Assembly: GCF_035594765.1 (NCBI RefSeq)
Contig: NC_085844.1
Location: forward strand, 135,966,622-136,030,621
Reading direction: 5' to 3'
Length of the DNA: 64,000 bases
Source: Anolis carolinensis
Lineage: Eukaryota
Below, piece by piece: positions 1 to 12,820 of the stretch (positions are counted from its first letter, which is position 1; every line of letters begins with the position of its first letter). A program made the position numbers and the translations under genes. Below the pieces are notes generated by a model. The model worked only from the letters and a program-made list of their open reading frames with translations, ran no database searches and was not told the DNA's origin.

Positions 1-257
1 GTGGTTTGTAGAACCCCTCAGTATGCTTTGCAGAGCCCAAGGGCTCCTCAGAGCACACTTTGAGAACTGCTGCCTTAGAGAATAGCTTCTGTAATTCTAT
101 TCAATCACCAATCTCGATATATTTGTCTCTTGCCATCCCCTACCAAGCGTTCTTACTACACCATTCCCAACTGGACACTGGAGCAGGACCTCTGCTTGGC
201 TGCCTAATGTTAAATCAGACCTGTCTCTTGGCAGGACACCCAATGTGCTCTTCTCAC

Positions 258-3200
258 CTGATGACTCCGTCCGTGGAGCCTGTGCACACAATGTTCTCTG
301 TTACGGGAACCATGCAGTCGATCGATTCCGCCTTCAATGCAAAACGATCGCTGGTTGCACCAAAGCCGTCCCAATTGAAAAGGTAAATGGTCCCTTCACT
401 AGAGCCACAGGCCACTTTCTTCCCCCTCTGACCAAGAGGAAACAAAATAGAGCTTAAATGGAAGAAAGCACCACATAACTAGAAACAGCTGGCTGCCACA
501 TGTCTTTTCTCTGAATACTTAGCAAGAAAATAATGAGGTTTACACCACTGTGACAAACCTTCATGCACATGGGCTCCTCTCTTTCACTGAGAATCAGTAC
601 TGACCTTCATCAGAGAGATGGCTGTTAGTTCACCATTCTGGGGCTCAGAAAGTAGCTCAAAGCGCCTTCTCTTAATGTTGAAGACTCCCATGGTCCCATC
701 TCCACTGCAAGAAAGAGAAACGTACACAATGCTTACATGTATATATTTGTAGGATAGTTATTTCTCAGATCCCCACTTACAGTAGAATAAAAGCAGTATA
801 ATTGTATCCAGCTGAAAACGGTTTCTAGGCAGATATTTCTCTTTTATGTCCAGGAGAGGAATAACAACAGCAATTTGTGCCAAGGGCTCTTGCCACGAAG
901 AAAAAAACACTAGGTTGTTGCAGAAGCTCTTGACTTTCAACTACAGAACCATAGAAAATTTTTTTAGTGATCAAAGCTTATTCCCCCGTCTGCTTAATAG
1001 ACAAGTACAGAGATACCTGGTGGTGAGCAGCAGTTTCTTGTTTCCATCCACAGCCATGCCACTGATGTATTCCTCATGCTCCTTTGCTTCCATGATGGAG
1101 GTGCCTTTACGCAGGTCCCACACCTTCAGCTCCCCACTGTCATCTCCCGTAGCAAACAAGTTTTCATCTATCACCAACAGACTGTTCAAAGCAGAGCTGT
1201 GGAAATCCCAAAGATTTAACAATATAACCAAGGTATTACAGGATAACCTAGCCCCACTCAGAACTATGGCCTTCAGTAAAGTAACAATACTGAAGCCCTA
1301 TATATATGTACTATGAACAAAATTGTCCTGAACCAGAAACATAGATTCTTACTGAATAAATTATCTCAGCATCTCCACATACATTTGTCGCTTCTTTTTC
1401 CAGTGCTTTTATTATCACTACATTCTTCAAAATGATGGTGCTACATACCAATTGTACTTTCTGCATTTTCCAGCATTATGATGGATGTTGGCCATACCCC
1501 AGAACATTTTACTTTGTATGCCCACTAATCAGGACTTAAAGAAAGTAGCAACTGTGACGGGAGGTTTAAGCCTGCTATTTACAGACTTGATTTCAACTGT
1601 GCTTTAGATCTTTGTTGCAAACAAAAGAAGCGAACTATAAACTGGCCAACACATATTTTGCTGCCTCAAATGCTAGCCCTGTTTCTGGGTATGTTTGATC
1701 TGCTGATTCCTAAAATGACACCAGTTTTCCCTCCATCAGCTCTAGAGATATGGAACAGTTATATGGTATCTAGTACTAGTCATATACTTGCCCATAGAAA
1801 ACCATGATAACCATATCTAAGCAACTAGAGCAGATGCAGTCTATCCAATGCAATTTTCTGAATCAGTGCCCTAAATAACCCCAGGTACAGGCCTAAAAAC
1901 CAAAACACGAAGAAAGTTCCCGAGATAACTTTCCTATTTTAATACCAGGCAGTATAAATATTCCACAATAGTTGAACCCTTAATAAAAATTATGCTAGAT
2001 AACTGGGGAGGGGATTAGACTTAAAACATTAGAAAGAAAATAATTAAAACCATATCACATTTGAGACAGATTGAAAATTTATAAATTTCATATTCATTTG
2101 CTTAACTAAAGCCTGACTTATTTATGAACTTAAATTCTGCCTTACAGTATTCTAATTTCAATGTTCAACAATATTAAGTAGCTGCAAGGACATCTGTTCT
2201 TAAAATACCAATATGATTGTTACAATATGATGGTGTGAACTAAAGTTCTCAGTTGTCTGGAAGAAAATAACAGCTACCAGAATGAATCAGAATATGCTGT
2301 CTTTCTGGTCCTAAGAAAAAGATACCTATTTAGGATTCAAAAATATTTCTCAGTGGGAATGGTAATACTTATGTCATCAGACATTATTAGAGACTTACTT
2401 ATGTGCTTTGGAGAAGCGTGTGACAAGACGACCCTCCTCAACATTCAGGATATGAATGGATTTATCCTTGGATGCCGTGTAGAGCTCTAGAGGGCATAGG
2501 GAAAATGACATAGGCCACTGTATTGGAAATAACTGCACCCAGTCTCTGGGCACATATCCTTTTGGACCAATCATAACCTTACTGAAAAGGAAAAATGATG
2601 TCATATCCATTTAGCAAATGTGAATCTCAATGAACATCTCTGAACTGCCAAGGACAAAGACATGCCACTAAAATATATTTGGCTAATAGAGTTTTAAAGA
2701 TGTTTCTTTGAAGTTGAAATTGCAGTTGCCCAAAAGATATACATTCCCTTGAAACCTCTTAGTTAAAATATGCACTCAGAAATTAAAAAACAAAGTCTTA
2801 CTTGAAAAATAACATACAGTATCTTGTTTACTCAGAAACATCTTGTATTAGTTCACCATACAGGCACATTTCTTATTAAACTTCAGTTATAGATAGGATG
2901 TAGTTCTCTCTGTGTTGAGTACACAGGGTATAATTCTTAATCAATAGTCCATAGTCTTTAGGTATAATTGTACTCATTGAAGTCCTAAAATAATATGTCT
3001 CTATCGAAGTCCAATCAGCAACATGCATCCACCTCCACTGAGGTGAAAAGCAGACAGAATAAAAAATGGAGTCCTGAGTATAAACATACTAATTACAATC
3101 ACATGTCTATAACCTCTCCCACACCAAAGAGGTACAGTCAAACTGACAAATCAACATACACATAGAATACAGATTAGAAAATATATACATTAACAAATAA

Positions 3201-6200
3201 ATATTGAAAGGCTTGGGAGGTTGCTATTTCCAACACGCCATATAGGGCTAAAATTCTACATTTACTTGGAACTATGAAAAGAAACTGAGTCCAGCATCAA
3301 TAAATGAAAATACCATTCCAGATATGTTTTTAAAACAATGCTAAAATACACTTCATCCATCCATGGCCCTAAACTATGCCTACTCATGCTGATTTTGGAA
3401 TGTTTTAAAAACAGGATGCAATTTATGGCACATTTATGAGCAAGTGTTACAGTCTGAATGCTGCTTAGATTTGCATTTTGCAAAATGTAATCCTGAGTTG
3501 CTCAAAACAAGGGCATTGTTTTACATAGCAATTACTGTTGCTTCATATTTTTTGTTATTTAAAGAGTCAAATGTTAGTGTGCTGAATTAATGTGCGACAA
3601 ATGTTGCAGTGCTTTAAAAAGTAACATTATTTTGCAAAATCAGCTTCAGTGTGCTGTTGTAACCTCAAAAAACAGAACGTGGCAGGTTGAGTTATCATTT
3701 GTAACATGACTCAGAAATAAATGCTATTGTGTTAAATGGGAATTGCTTTCCAAAAATAATGAGTTCCAGTTTTAGAATTTCTTCTCCAGGAAGATGAACA
3801 GAAACAACTAGTCTTGAACAGAAACAACTAGTCATGACTTTGTACAAGCATAAAACAAGCCCTGCGGGGAGAATCACTTACTGTGTCCATCATGGGAAAA
3901 GGACACTTCCCGACAGGATTTCAAGTGATGTCCTGAAGACCAAAGCTCCTTGTTCCCACCTTCGAAACAGGAGTATGAATACCTAAAAGATTTTAAAAAC
4001 AGGGAAGTTGTCGTATATCTAGAGTTAAAAGTTGTTTTGGCAAAGAAAAAAGGAACAGGGTTAGTGAAGCATGGGCATAGTTGGGAAAACATTTCAGTTT
4101 GAGGTACGGCACATCAAGATACTTATCCGTATCTGCCCCAAATTCTGTTTATAAATCTGTTGGCTGCTGTCACACTTATCTGGTCACATTCCAGGAGCTA
4201 TGATACCCTGAACAGTAGAAGTACCTTGGGTTAGATTTATTTATCATATCAGAAATGAACTGAGAGTACAGTTGTAATGTTAAAAACTTGGCATTATACT
4301 AAATGTCCTTTGACCAGAAGCTGGCCACTTTGAGTGCCTCTGGTATTGCTATATGAAGGTCCTCCATCATGCATGTGACAGGGCTCAGGATGCATTGTAA
4401 TAGGTGGTGTGTGGTTTGCTCTTCCCCACGCTTGCATGTTGTGGACTCCACTTTGTAGCCCCATTTCTTAAGGTTGGCTCTGCATCTCATGGTGCCAGAG
4501 CACAGTCTGTTCAGCTCATTCCAAGTCGTCCAGTCTTCTGTGGGCCCAGGAAGGAGTCTCTCATTTGGTATCAGCCATGGATTGAGATTCCGGGTTTTAG
4601 CCTGCCACTTTTGGACTCTCGCTTGCTGAGGCGTTCCTACAAGTATCTCGGCAGATCTTAGAAAACTATTTCTTGACTTAAGGCATTGGCGTGCTGGCCA
4701 ATATCCGAACAGGGGATGGATGCCACAATGGTGCCCCTTTTGTAAAATGGCTAATTCATTGTTTTGGTACTTTGTGAGGTTTTTTATGGGGTGAGGTATT
4801 TTCAAGCTATGGATGGTTGAATCTGTGAATATAGACCAACTATACACCCAGTTGCATTAATGCGAACCTGGCAGGTCACATATATAAATTGTACTGATTC
4901 AATGTGTGTCCTACAGAACCTTTTGGAGGCCATAGCAAAGCTTGGGTGAACAGGAAAGCAAAGCACACACACACTTCTTACACCCAGGAATCCAGATCAG
5001 GATGATGGGAGGAGATGCTAGGTTAAAGCTGCCTCCTTCCCCTTGTAATCGTGGTCAAGATCACTGTTTCCCCATTAACAGGAACAGACCAACAGTGATC
5101 TTGATGTGGATTACAGCAGAAGGAACCAAGGGAGGTTGAAAACTGATCTACCACGACTGCAAGGACCAAGAGTGTTCTTGTTTGTGTATTATATTGTTTT
5201 GTTTCATTGTGCTGCAGAATTAAATGTCCCCTTTAGTCAGCAACAGAGATCAAAGGAAACAGAAGATGCACTACAAAAAGACCATTTATTTCTGAACTAT
5301 TGATCAATTCAACTGTAAATACACAGATTCTGAAAGACTCTACTGAAAAGTATCCAAACTGACAATGACATTTTACTGGACTATTAATAGTGAAATGGGG
5401 ATCACTCACGCAATTGTGCCGTCAATACAAATACATTCAAGGAAGCTATGCTCACACATAAACATCACCATCCACATCTCCAGCAGCGATGATATCTCGA
5501 CTGGGGTGAAAGGCAATGGTGTTTGCAGCAGCTTCAAGGGAAATATCCACAGGGGTGTCTCGTAGCCTAGGTTCCTGTTCAGCGTCCTCCTCATCTGAAC
5601 AAGCCTAAGTGGGGAAAGGAATGGAAATGAATCAATCTACCATAAAAACAACACTACACGTGACTTAGAGGTAGCATGCATTATATTACATCTGTTGCAT
5701 CTTTAGGGCTGATTGTCCATGATCCTTGCAATACATTTAACACCTGTTGATGATAAGCATCTCTCACCACACATAATCATAATCATAATCATCTCCCCAA
5801 AGGGACTCAGGGCGGTTTCCAAACATATGGCAACCATTCAATGCCCAAAGAAAACTATACAAAACAGTTTACATCAAGACAAAGTGCATTAGACAATATA
5901 AACAACCTAACTGTAAATTAATAAACAAAACGACGACCAACAGAATAAAACTTCAAATGAAAAAAATAAAAATAAATCATAAAATACAAAAACCCTGATA
6001 ATACACATTAAAAATAATATAGATATAAAACTGAGTATACTGAAACTCCATCAGGCGAGGTTCAGAAGTCCAGTGATCAGGAGTACTAGAGAGGACCTAA
6101 TCAACTATAAAAGGACTGAGCAAGTGATAGCGCAAACAGTATGTCACAGGGCCAGGGCAGTGGGTGAGGTGCAGAACAGATTACTATCTGGCAATTAGGA

Positions 6201-9200
6201 ACTGGGCCTAGGGATTCATCCTTCTTGGCTTGTTGGAACATCCAAGTTTTCAGTTCCTCATGAAAAGAGGGCAGTGTGGAGGCTTAGCTAATCTCCCTGG
6301 GGAGGGAGTTCCAAAGTCAGGGAATCACTACCAAGGCCTTCTCAGTATCTAATGAAACATTTAGATATACTAAGGTTGATTTTCTAGCAGTGCTTTCCCT
6401 ACGTGCCGTCACAAATACTGGCAGTCCCTGGGTTATGAACAAAATAGTTTATGTAGGTGTGTTCTTATGTTTGTTTGTTTTTAAATAATGTCAGAAGCGA
6501 CTTGAGAACATACTGCAAGTTGCTTCTGGTGTGAGAAAATTGGCCATCTACAGAGACATTGCCCAAGGGACACCCGGATGTATTGCTGGGAGGCTTCTCT
6601 CATGTCCCTGCAAGCTAGAGCTGACAAACAGGAGCTCACATCTCGTGGATTTGAACTGGCAACCTTCAGGTCAGCAACCCAACCTTCAAGTCAGCAGTTC
6701 AGCCAGCACAAGGGTTTAACCCATTGCGCCACTGCGGCTCCTTGTGAGTATGTTGAATTTGTATGTAAGTACAAAAACTTACAAGAACAAGTACATTTCT
6801 AAGTGTAACACCAGCCATTTTTTAAAAAAGGTTTTGGACACCTTAGGGAAGAGGTGACACCACTGTAACCTTTGTTTTGCTGCCTGTGCTCCTGTTCAAA
6901 AAATTTCACCTTACTTTCTGTCCTCGAGACAACTGGAATTTGAAATTTTTGCGTTGTGGAAAGGATTGGTGAGAAAGCCTCAGCAGAAAAATCGTTTCCC
7001 TATTATAACTCTTTCCTTTCCTAGGGATAGATTTCTCTCACTTCATGTGGTCTCAGAAAGTGAGATCAAATCTCTCTAGTGAGGACATAGACAGCAGTAA
7101 AAATCTCACAGTGGCTCTAACTCCATACCATATTAACTAAAAGATTTAAAAAGTTGCATGGTGTATCATTTATTTTTACCTGTGAATGTAAATACTTGAA
7201 CATTTTCTAATACTGTAAAAGGCCCAGTGCTCTCAACGTTGCCTGTTGACTTAGGGTTGACTGTTGACTCATAAATTTCATAGGGATTTCTTGTGGGGTT
7301 TTTTTTTTTAATTCTAGAACCCTGAGAGATGGGAGCTTAGCACAAAAGACATACACTTAAAATGAAAGAATTCTGAGCTCAGAACTTTGTTCTGAGTAGT
7401 ACACTTTCATGTAGTTCACCACAAAACTCCATTCGCAATCACACAGACGTTATTCATTAAAGCACTAATTTAATTTGTGGAAGACGGACCGGTGCCGAGT
7501 GTCACATTACTGACAATCTCAATTGCTCCAAATCCTTGTTGATCTACTTCAAATCACTTTCTGAATCACAGACCCTAATGGCCCAGCTGTTTGCAATGTA
7601 ATTTCAAATGCTATTGCTTCAGTGCAGTAATCTTTATGATAACTCACTAAAGCAGTATGGCAGCCACAATGTGTAGCGGCATTGGGTGAATGTACTGAGA
7701 AACCTCTGGGTCTGTGTGAAATAAGCAATCGATCAAATATTTTAAAAATATAAATGAAACGTTTTCATGAGATATGTTGTGGCCTCATATATTTTGTGAT
7801 TACAATTTACACATGTCCATATCTCTTATAAGGAGTTGCTTTCACCTCCGGTTTGCCAGTAAACCTGAATAACTGTCATAAAACAATACATGTCTACAAA
7901 GTGTCACCAAATGAAATATCTGGAAAGCTCTGCACTAAAGGTTACATGTTAATTATGTTTGATGTCTGTTTTGTGTATTTAAATATGTATTTTATATAAA
8001 TGCAGTTTTAATTTGGATCTTTTATAGAAAAATGTATACAGTAGAGTCTCACTTATCCAACATAAACGGGCCAGCAGAATGTTGGATAAGCAAATATGTT
8101 GGATAATAAGGAGGCATTAAGGAAAAGTCTATTAAACATCAAATTAGTTTATGATTTTACAAATTAAGCACCAAAACATCATGTTATACAACAAATTTGA
8201 CAGAAAAAGTAGTTCAATACGCAGTAATGCTATGTAATAATTACTGTATTTATGAATTTAGCACCAAAATATCACGATATATTGAAAACATTGACTACAA
8301 AAATGTGTTGGATAATCCAGAACGTTGGATAAGTGAGTGTTGGATAAGTGAGACTCTACTGTATTTGTTGAATTTTTGCAATGTTTGTGTTTTTTAATTG
8401 TGTTGTAACCCGCCTCAAGCCACAGAGACAGGCGGGTAAGAAATAAAATTATTATTATCATTATCATCATCATCATCACCATCATCATTACAGAAACAGC
8501 TCTAAACGATTGTGCCTTAAGGCATGGAAAAATGAAAGATAACAACACTGTCCAATGTGTTTTTTGACTCAAATTTCTAGCCTGCAGAAGAGAAGGCTGG
8601 GAGGAGACACAATAGCCATGTATAAATGTGAGAGGAAGTCATAGGGAGGAGGGAGAAAGATTGTTTTCTGCTGCCCTAGAGACTAGGATGTGGAACAATG
8701 GGTTCAAACTACAAGAGATTCCACCTGAACATTAGGAAGAAATTCCTAACTGTGAGAGCTGTTCAGCAGTGGAACTCTCTGCCCCAGAGTGTGGTGGAGG
8801 CTCCTTCTTTGGAGGCTGGATGGCCATCTGTCAGGAGTGCTTTGGCAGAAGGTTGGACTGGATGGCCCACGAGGTCTCTTCCAACTCTAGGATTGTCCCT
8901 GACTCACTGGTCTACCTTTCTCTTCTTTCCAGCACTTCCATGAGGCCTCCCATTCTGAATTGGTTAAGGCATGTCTCTATACCAGGCATGGGCAAAGTTT
9001 GGCCCTCCAGGTGTTTTGTACTTCAGCTCCCACAATTCCTAACAGCCGGCTGCAGATGCTCTTCCTTCTCCCTTTTTAGTGCTGAAACAGTTATACAGCT
9101 CTCCGAGCGCAGGCTCACGCAAATGCAGCGGCAACAGAGAGGCCACTTCACCCCGACCTCTCTCCTCTTGAGGCCGAGCTCTCAAAAAGTGAGGGCACGC

Positions 9201-9228
9201 GTCTACTCACTTCCTCGGGCGCTGCCAT
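258..9228 (-). CDS. WDR55: WD repeat-containing protein 55 (partial; last exon(s) lie left of the window)
   Basis: Coding exons 9228-9211 (MAAPEE), 5604-5456, 3982-3882, 2486-2399, 1196-1017, 704-605 and 427-258. All introns are GT-AG with consistent phases. Peptides [62 protein letters not shown] and [27 protein letters not shown] match recalled human WDR55; position next to IK is syntenic. Confidence 0.95.
1640..1915. mobile_element. Chapaev-like non-autonomous DNA transposon fragment
   Basis: Colinear with 29724-30121 (cccatagaaaaccat, ctatccaatgca.ttttctgaatcagtgccc). Confidence 0.55.
4235..4725 (-). mobile_element. Vingi-like non-LTR retrotransposon 3' end
   Basis: C-terminal [42 protein letters not shown] (decayed CCHC knuckle) with a (TAAA)n tail. 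Confidence 0.75.
5765..6340 (-). mobile_element. L2-type LINE 3' end
   Basis: atctccccaaagggactcagggcgg terminal stem-loop and ggagggagttcca ORF-end motif. Confidence 0.65.
6470..6741 (-). mobile_element. tRNA-derived SINE (AnolisSINE2-like), nested in a Tigger-like MITE (~6418-7060)
   Basis: Minus strand begins GGAGCCGCAGTGGCGCAATGG (A box) ... GTTCAAATCC (B box) and ends CAAGTCGCTTCTGACA plus an A-rich tail. Confidence 0.75.
8039..8361. mobile_element. Tc1/mariner (pogo-like) MITE, ~320 bp
   Basis: TIR CAGTAGAGTCTCACTTATCCAAC and TA TSD. Confidence 0.9.
8580..8895 (+). mobile_element. CR1 LINE 3' fragment
   Basis: [23 protein letters not shown] and CR1 3' UTR (gggttggactggatggccc..tccaactct). 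Confidence 0.85.
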
Positions 9229-9400
9229 CTTGGAGAGCACGCTCACACCGGGACAGAGCGCAAAACAGAGCTACTGCGCCTGCGCGGCGAGGATTGGATG
9301 GAGAGAAGGAAGTGTTTACGATACCCGGACTCGCAGCGCCATTGGCTGGCTCCAGTCCTCACTCTTCTTCGGCTTTTTTGGGCCCGTTCCACCCTCGCAG
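9200..9400 (-). promoter_or_regulatory. CpG-rich WDR55 promoter
   Basis: Local CpG enrichment. YY1-like CAAGATGGC over the ATG, NRF1-like TGCGCCTGCGC (~9275-9285), CCAAT boxes (ATTGG ~9293 and ~9341) and an ETS core GGAAGT (~9308). Confidence 0.7.
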
Positions 9401-9684
9401 GCCTGCCAGAACTGTCCACATGACACGAGATGATGGTTTTTCACCGCCCCATTCCCTCTGCCTTGGTTGCCATCGTTTCAGGGTAGGGATTTCTTCCTCC
9501 TGGACTTTGTGAGCCAGGAAACTTTCCCATTAAACCGACTCCCCCCCCCTCCCCCGCAGCTTTTTGGGCCTCTAACTCCCAGAAGCCCTAGCCAGCTTGT
9601 TCAATGGCCAAGAATTCTGGGAACTGGAGGCCAAAATAGCTGGCAGGCCTCAGGTTGAGAGTACCTGATTTAAACCATATAGAC

Positions 9685-9819
9685 CAGTGGTTCTTAACCT
9701 GTGGGCTTCCAGATGTTTTGGCCTTCAACTCCCAGAAATCCTAACAGCTCGTAAACTGGCTGGGATTTCTGGGAGTTGTAGGCCAAAACACCTGGGGACC
9801 CACAGGTTGAGAACCACTG
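9685..9819. mobile_element. Palindromic ~135-bp hAT MITE
   Basis: TIR CAGTGGTTCT(C)AACC, near-full-length fold-back, imperfect 8-bp TSD atatagac/atacagat. Confidence 0.85.
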
Positions 9820-10281
9820 ATACAGATAGATGATGCCATGAAAATGAACAAAATCTGACTACCATTATTAAAAAAACTCTAAAATCAAAATAAATAAAAA
9901 GCAATACTCCCGCCTCCCAACAAAAGAAATGTGTGCTTATTTATGTATTTTGCGGAAACTTCTTTTGATTTTCTCACTAGGTCATGTTTATCACTGATGA
10001 CTGAGCCTAATGAAATATACTATGCAATTAATGAGTCTCCACGATAATTTTAATTGGTTTTAAATATGTTAATGCTTAATATTTATTTGTATCTTATTTC
10101 TGGATGTTGTTATGCTTTGTGTGATTTTTGTCTTGCATTTTATGTTAAATGTGCTTTAATTTGTATTGTTATATTTATACACTGTACTCACAATGTGGCA
10201 CTGAAGTGGCCAAACTGTAAACCGCTCTGAATCCCCTTCAGGGTGAGAAGAGCGGGGTAGAAATATAATAAATAAATACAT

Positions 10282-10555
10282 TCCCCCCCCCCAGGCAGAA
10301 AGCAGCCAGGCGTTGAAGCTGCAAGACCATTCAATGCTAATCAAGGTGACCAACTGCAACGTTCACACTTGCCCCAGGCAGACAAGAGTTCTTTCTCCCA
10401 CTCTGGACCTTCCACAGATATATAAACCCACTTGCCTACTTTCCAACAGACCTCACAACCTCTGAGGATGCTTGCCATAGATGCGGGTAAAACGTCTGGA
10501 GGGAATTGCTTCTGGAACATGGCCATATAGCCCAAAAAATTCACAGCAACCCAGA
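10282..10555 (+). mobile_element. Penelope-like element pseudo-LTR fragment
   Basis: gcagccaggc..ttccaacagacctcacaacctctgaggatg..ggaacatggccata; same family at 28.6, 38.0 and 60.9 kb; carries a hammerhead-like core. Confidence 0.7.
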
Positions 10556-11060
10556 TTGAGTATCCTTTATATGTAATGCTTGGGAGCAGAAGTGTTTTGG
10601 AGCCATTTATTACTGATGATTTTGGAACACCCTGTCTTTGCATATGCATACATCATTAGATATCTTAATAGTGGCATCCAAGTTTAATTATGAAATTCAT
10701 TTGTTTTTCTTATTTGCCTAATCTGAAGATGGTTTTATTGAATATTCTTAACCATTCTGCATACATTAAGTGATCCAAATGGAAAGGCCACTCATTTGGA
10801 TAATTTTCAGGTTTCGGAATTCCAGATAAAGGGTGCTCAACCTACAATAAAGATGTTATTGTTTTGTCAAAGGCTTTCATGGCCGGAATCACTGGATTGC
10901 TGTGAAACTTCAAAGGCATTCAATGCTAATCAAGGTGATTAATTGCAACATTCACATTGCCTTAAATAGACAGAGTTGTTTCTGCCACTTTGGACATTCA
11001 AGGTTTTGGGATTTTCTTGGAGGGGGAGGGGGGAATATTTTCAATTTGTGGATGCTTAAA

Positions 11061-11700
11061 TCATAGACTTGGAAGAAACCAAGAAGCAGAAAAATCACAT
11101 TAAAAGTGCCCCCGACAGATGGCCATCCAGCCTCTGCTTAAAAGCCTCCAAAGGAGGAGCCTCCACTACACTCCGGGGCAGAGAGTTCCACTGCTGAACA
11201 GCTCCCACAGTTAGGAAGTTCTTCCTAATATTCAGGTGGAATCTCCTTTTCTGTAATTTGAAGCCATTGTTCCGTCTCTTAATCTCAAGGCAGAAGAAAA
11301 CAAGTTTGACAAGTTAAAACGTGTCCAGAGAAGGATGTCTAAAATGATCAAAGGTCTAGAGACCATGAATCCCTGTGAGGAGTAAATTAAAGAGCGGAGT
11401 ATATTTAGCCTGCAGAAGAGAAGGTTGAGAGGAGACAGGATAGTCATGTATAAGTATCTGAAAGGATGTTATAAGGAAGAAAGAGAAGGTATGTTTTCTG
11501 CTGCCCTTGGATTCAAATTATAGGAAAGGAGATTCTATCTGAAAATCAGGAAGAACCTCCTGACCATAGCTGATGTTCAGCAGTGGAACCCTCTGCCTCG
11601 GAGTGTGATGAATGATCCTTCTTTGGAGGCTTTTAAACATAGGCTGGATGGCAATAGATTGTGCTTTTCTTGCATGGCGGAGGTGGGACTAAATGGCCCA
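11061..11700. mobile_element. Two CR1 3' fragments in opposite orientation (- 11061-11304; + 11305-11700)
   Basis: The same CR1 3' motifs occur on both strands, directly abutting. Confidence 0.8.
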
Positions 11701-12011
11701 TGTTTGTTGATCTGGTAATTACAGGATGTATTTCCCTCATCTAAAAATCTGGTTATTGACTCAAATAATGCTTTCTACAGAATGAAAAATAAAAATTTCC
11801 TTGTAAAAACAAACTTACAGTACTCTTCTGTTCGATCATAATACATCTATTTGCACCTTACCTAGCTGCTAGCATCCACCCAGTTAAATTGCTGTTTTCC
11901 ATCTCTCCCCCAACAATTTTAGCCTAATTTTAGAGATTTTAAATGATATATTAAGGATTTAATATGTTAGTAATTATGTGGATTATTTTATGTCTTGTTT
12001 ATTTATGCTGA

Positions 12012-12292
12012 ACTTGCAGACTGAAAAGTCGGTGGTTTGAATCTGGGGAGCAGGGTGAGCTCCCGGTGTTAGCCCCAGCTTCTGTCAACCTAGCAGTTTG
12101 AAAACATGCAAACGTGAGTAGATCAATAGGTACCGCTTTGATGGGAAGGTAACGGTGCCCCATGCAGTCATGCCGGCTACATGACCTTGGAGCTGCTTAC
12201 GAACGCCAGCTCTTCAGCTTAGAAGTGGAGATGAGCACCAACCCCCAGAGTCGGACACGGCTGGACGTCATGTCAGGGGAAAACCTTTACCT
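12012..12292 (+). mobile_element. Sauria SINE (5'-truncated)
   Basis: Core cttctgtcaacctagcagtt..gagtagatcaataggtacc and BovB-like tail gagtcggacacg..aaacctttacct. Confidence 0.85.
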
Positions 12293-12534
12293 GTACATAT
12301 TTATGTCCATTTATAATTTACTGAGTTGCTGTTGATTTGTTTACATATTACTGCCGGCATTAATGTTTGCCATTGTGTTTTTTGTTGTGAGCTACCCTGA
12401 ATACCTTCAGGGAGATAGGGTGGGCTATAAAGTTTCATTCATCCATTCATTCATCATACACTTATCAGTAGTATAAATGGTCTTAAAATTTACTACAGAC
12501 CAGAACAAAGAATCTGATAAATATTAGTGCAGGT

Positions 12535-12540
12535 TTTATT
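12535..12540 (-). terminator. IK polyadenylation signal AATAAA
   Basis: TTTATT on the + strand, ~280 nt past the IK stop codon. Confidence 0.6.
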
Positions 12541-12820
12541 ACATGTAGAAGTATTACTAGCCACAAAATCTAAAGTGTAGGTTCCTATGAAAGGAGCACA
12601 GCTGCAAGCAATACAACACAAGGAAGAGAGCAGCTAAGGCTCTTCGGAAGACTCAGAAACTCTCCTTTGTGTTTACACACACAAGACCCTGCCGTATTCT
12701 CAGCTCAGAAATCACGTAGGTTTTGTTCCATGGCAGGAAAATGTGATCCTCCATCAAAGCTTCTTCTCCAGAATAGTTGAGCAGGAATGTAGCCAAAGGG
12801 ACAAAGAGCTCACAGAAGGT

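Noticed and set aside
7420-7800. Repeat-free intronic stretch that might be a conserved non-coding element
   Set aside because: No motif, structure or ORF support from the sequence alone.
8769-9512. 247-aa + strand ORF
   Set aside because: Runs through CR1, a MITE and the GC-rich WDR55 promoter antisense; no recognisable protein.
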